This document shows, piece after piece, positions 61,408 to 64,000 of a stretch of DNA of 64,000 nt. The notes under the pieces were generated by a model. The model did no database searches. It was not told the origin of the DNA and saw only the letters and a list, made by a program, of their open reading frames with translations. Each line of letters begins with the position of its first letter. The stretch's first letter is position 1. The translations under genes and the position numbers were made by a program. This DNA is from Adineta vaga. Lineage: Eukaryota; Animalia; Rotifera. The stretch spans positions 1 to 64,000 of the forward strand of contig CP075494.1 in NCBI GenBank assembly GCA_021613535.1. Reading direction: 5' to 3'.

Positions 61408-63759
61408 GGGAAAGTAGCAAAATGTCGACGGAAAAATGTCGACAGAAAAACGTCGAAAGCACAAGTGTCGACGAAAAAATTATGTCGATATTAAAAATGT
61501 CGACAACATAGAATGTCGACAATGTAAAATGTCGAAAGTGAAAAATGCCGATATTTGAAAAAATATGAGAGTTGAATTGTTAAAAATTTTATTTTTAATT
61601 AAAGTAGTTTTAACTGATACATTGCAATCGATTATGTTGATGAAAGACACACGTGAATAGGAAAAACATTGAGAAAAATCATATCTGACACATCACTGTA
61701 TACACTTCCGAGATTATGTTGACTTCGTACCAACTAATAAAGACAATTGATGGTGGTATTCAACCAATTGAATTTGATTTTCACCATAACGTTTTTTTAA
61801 TTGATCGAGCTTATCTTGCATCACGCAAGTTTTTTGTGAAATTTTCTTCAACTTGCCCGAATTAGCGTGAACCAGCTGATGTTTAAAATGAACTTCTTCT
61901 TTTTTCACGACATCGATGAAGGCCCAAACGTTGGGATGTTTTCTTTCAATTCTCTTGTTGAATCGGCTATGCCATGCTATAGAGGAATAAAAGAGATGTG
62001 AGAAATAAGAAAAGATTCATCAATACATACACTCAACATTGTTGTTGGTTCTTGCTTTGAGATTAGATACATTCCAAAGACGGATTGGAACTTGTTTCAT
62101 CCACCAATCGTCGAAGTACTCAAAAAGGGGTTCGAGTTTAGCCGGTATTTTTTCATTGAGCTCGTCGAAAGCCGATTGAACGTGTTGTTCAGGAAGTAAT
62201 GGTAATGCCATTAGATGTCGACATAAAGAACGAATTTCATCATTACTGTTGTATAATGTCCCCAAACCGAGTGACTGAATTCGACGGTATAAACACTGTG
62301 AATAGTGAAAATAACATCCAGAATGTTGCGCGGCCGGAAACTAAAAATAGTAAAGATATACCAAGATCAAATGGGTACAAAAAGAAACACATACATGTGA
62401 TGCAATCACCTTGATAAGAGCCTTTTCGTAATCGCTCATGATGTGTTTAGGTTGAAACGTGAGATTAAGTCGACGAGCAGCTTCGTCCAGAAGATTAAAT
62501 ACATATTTGTATACTGGAGCACTTCGACCGGGTAATAAACCAATAACACATGGAAAATCTAAGAAAATCCGTTGTTAATAACATTGGATTTTGGAAAATA
62601 GAAATGTATCTTACTGTAGCCATACTTGATACAGTGAATAGAAAACACTTGATCAAAATGAGGCACACATGCCGAAAACGTTCCATCAACCATGATATGT
62701 GTTGCTGCAAATAACATACGTAGTTGTTCATCACTGGCGAACAAGATCACCCTCTTTTTGCGAATAAGTGTATCGCTAAAGAGAAATGAAACACCATCAA
62801 TTGTCGATGAATACGCATCGGGAACATCGAAAAAACCAGATTTCGGTAATGGTGGTGTCGTTTTTCGTCGAAGACGATTAAGAGCTGATTCTGAAATACA
62901 AACAGATATATAAGAATTGAGGAAGATATAAATACTTACTTGCTTCATTAGCTAAAGGAGCCAAACCAAGAGCAGCTTCGCTGAGATTACCAGCAGCTAG
63001 TTCATTGTCGTAAATTTTTCCAATAGCAGTCATTTCGTTCACGACTCGATTTTTAACTTTTTCCTTGAAGGTGACAACTTCAATACTTTCAGGTACCGGC
63101 AAATGAGAATCATGATTTCCTGATTTTCCAATACATTGATCGTGATGGTCGGTGTGCATGTAAGCCGAACACATTCGATTCTTGCAACGCCAGTATTTTA
63201 CTTTTGGTCGAGTTCGATTTAATTGATAGATATATCCATCACAAATCAAGATTGGTTTGCCCCTTGTTACTGATTGAAAAAGTGAGAGTGGATGTGGTCG
63301 ACATGGTGGACGTGTAAAAGTAATAAATTTACCAGTGAATGAAATAGAATGATATGTCGGACTTATTTATAGGGCGAACGTACAAAAGACTTGTTAAAGA
63401 AGAGAAACGATTTCTTCAGTCAGAAAGAAACATAGTATTCGTTTCTATATCTAGGGTCACATGTACAAAACAGACTAAAAGAAACGCGAAGAATGTTTGC
63501 AATAAAAGCTTAAAACACTCTCCACTTTTATAGTCTCTTTCGATAATTATATAATACGACATTTGTACTTGTCGACGATCCTTGCTGTCGACATTTGTAC
63601 TTGTCGACGATCCTTGCTGTCGACATTTGTACTTGTCGACATTATGCTTGTCGACGTTTTATTGTCGACATTATGCCTGTCGACATTTTTACTGTCGACA
63701 TTATGCCTGTCGACATTTTTACTGTCGACGTTTTTCTGTCGACATTTTACCACTAAATC
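61408..63759 (-). mobile_element. MULE (Mutator-like) DNA transposon, full length
   Basis: 8-bp TSD agattatc (61400-61407 and 63760-63767). Imperfect TIRs are built from gtcgac-containing repeat arrays at both ends. Confidence 0.88.
61714..63304 (-). CDS. FLYWCH-MULE transposase with four introns and a probable +1 frameshift near the start
   Basis: Motifs YWRC...C...H.SH, DGTF, MSDYEKAL, GCYFH, RTNNNVE-SWH and HPNVWAFI. Introns at 62939-62891, 62614-62559, 62394-62341 and 62030-61977. The ATG at 63304 is one base out of frame at a G4 run (63260-63263). Confidence 0.8.
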
Positions 63760-64000
63760 AGATTATCTGGATGATTTCAAAGTGATTTCGACAGTTGAAA
63801 TCCCATTGTTTCCCCTTGCATACGGGTCATGGTTTTTCGAATTTAAAAAACAGATTTTCTTTTAAATTCAGTAAATCGCTTTTTTATGAGTGGGCATTTG
63901 GGACATCTATTTTAGAATCGAAGAAAAAGATTTTTTTTCGTTTTAGTTTCAAGATCGATTTTTCACCAGCGGTACATACGTGACATTTAGCGATTGGATG

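Noticed and set aside
63547-63865. Repetitive ORFs (NVDSK, LSTF, CRH)
   Set aside because: These are translations of the gtcgac arrays in the MULE terminal repeat.

Overview
This is AT-rich eukaryotic genomic DNA with short (~50-60 bp) GT-AG introns, many DNA-transposon and MITE relics, and genes of bacterial type. It is most consistent with a bdelloid rotifer; this is inferred from intron-containing NRPS genes, a bacterial-type monooxygenase and TGTGGG repeats. The centrepiece is an 11-exon, ~4,841-aa nonribosomal peptide synthetase (34825-50734, +) with architecture C*(degenerate)-C-A-T-Cy-A(Cys, embedded Ox)-T-C-A-T-[Pls/NRPS-terminal membrane domain]. It combines an intron-free, EpoB-like thiazole-forming module, two nearly identical intron-bearing modules, and a poly-lysine-synthetase-like terminus in place of a thioesterase. 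An intronless Baeyer-Villiger monooxygenase lies head-to-head with it, and a secreted prepro-knottin lies just downstream. Other genes: GT7 and GT31 glycosyltransferases, a LicD protein, an SLC17 transporter with a frameshift, and a second secreted Cys-rich peptide. Non-coding highlights: a 52-bp tandem array; a nested hAT/Tc1/piggyBac stack; an RTE-like retrotransposon with an HDV-like ribozyme at its 5' end, truncated at a head-to-head (TGTGGG)n/(CCCACA)n junction; and an intron-containing MULE with an 8-bp TSD. All calls were made by eye from motifs; no searches were run.
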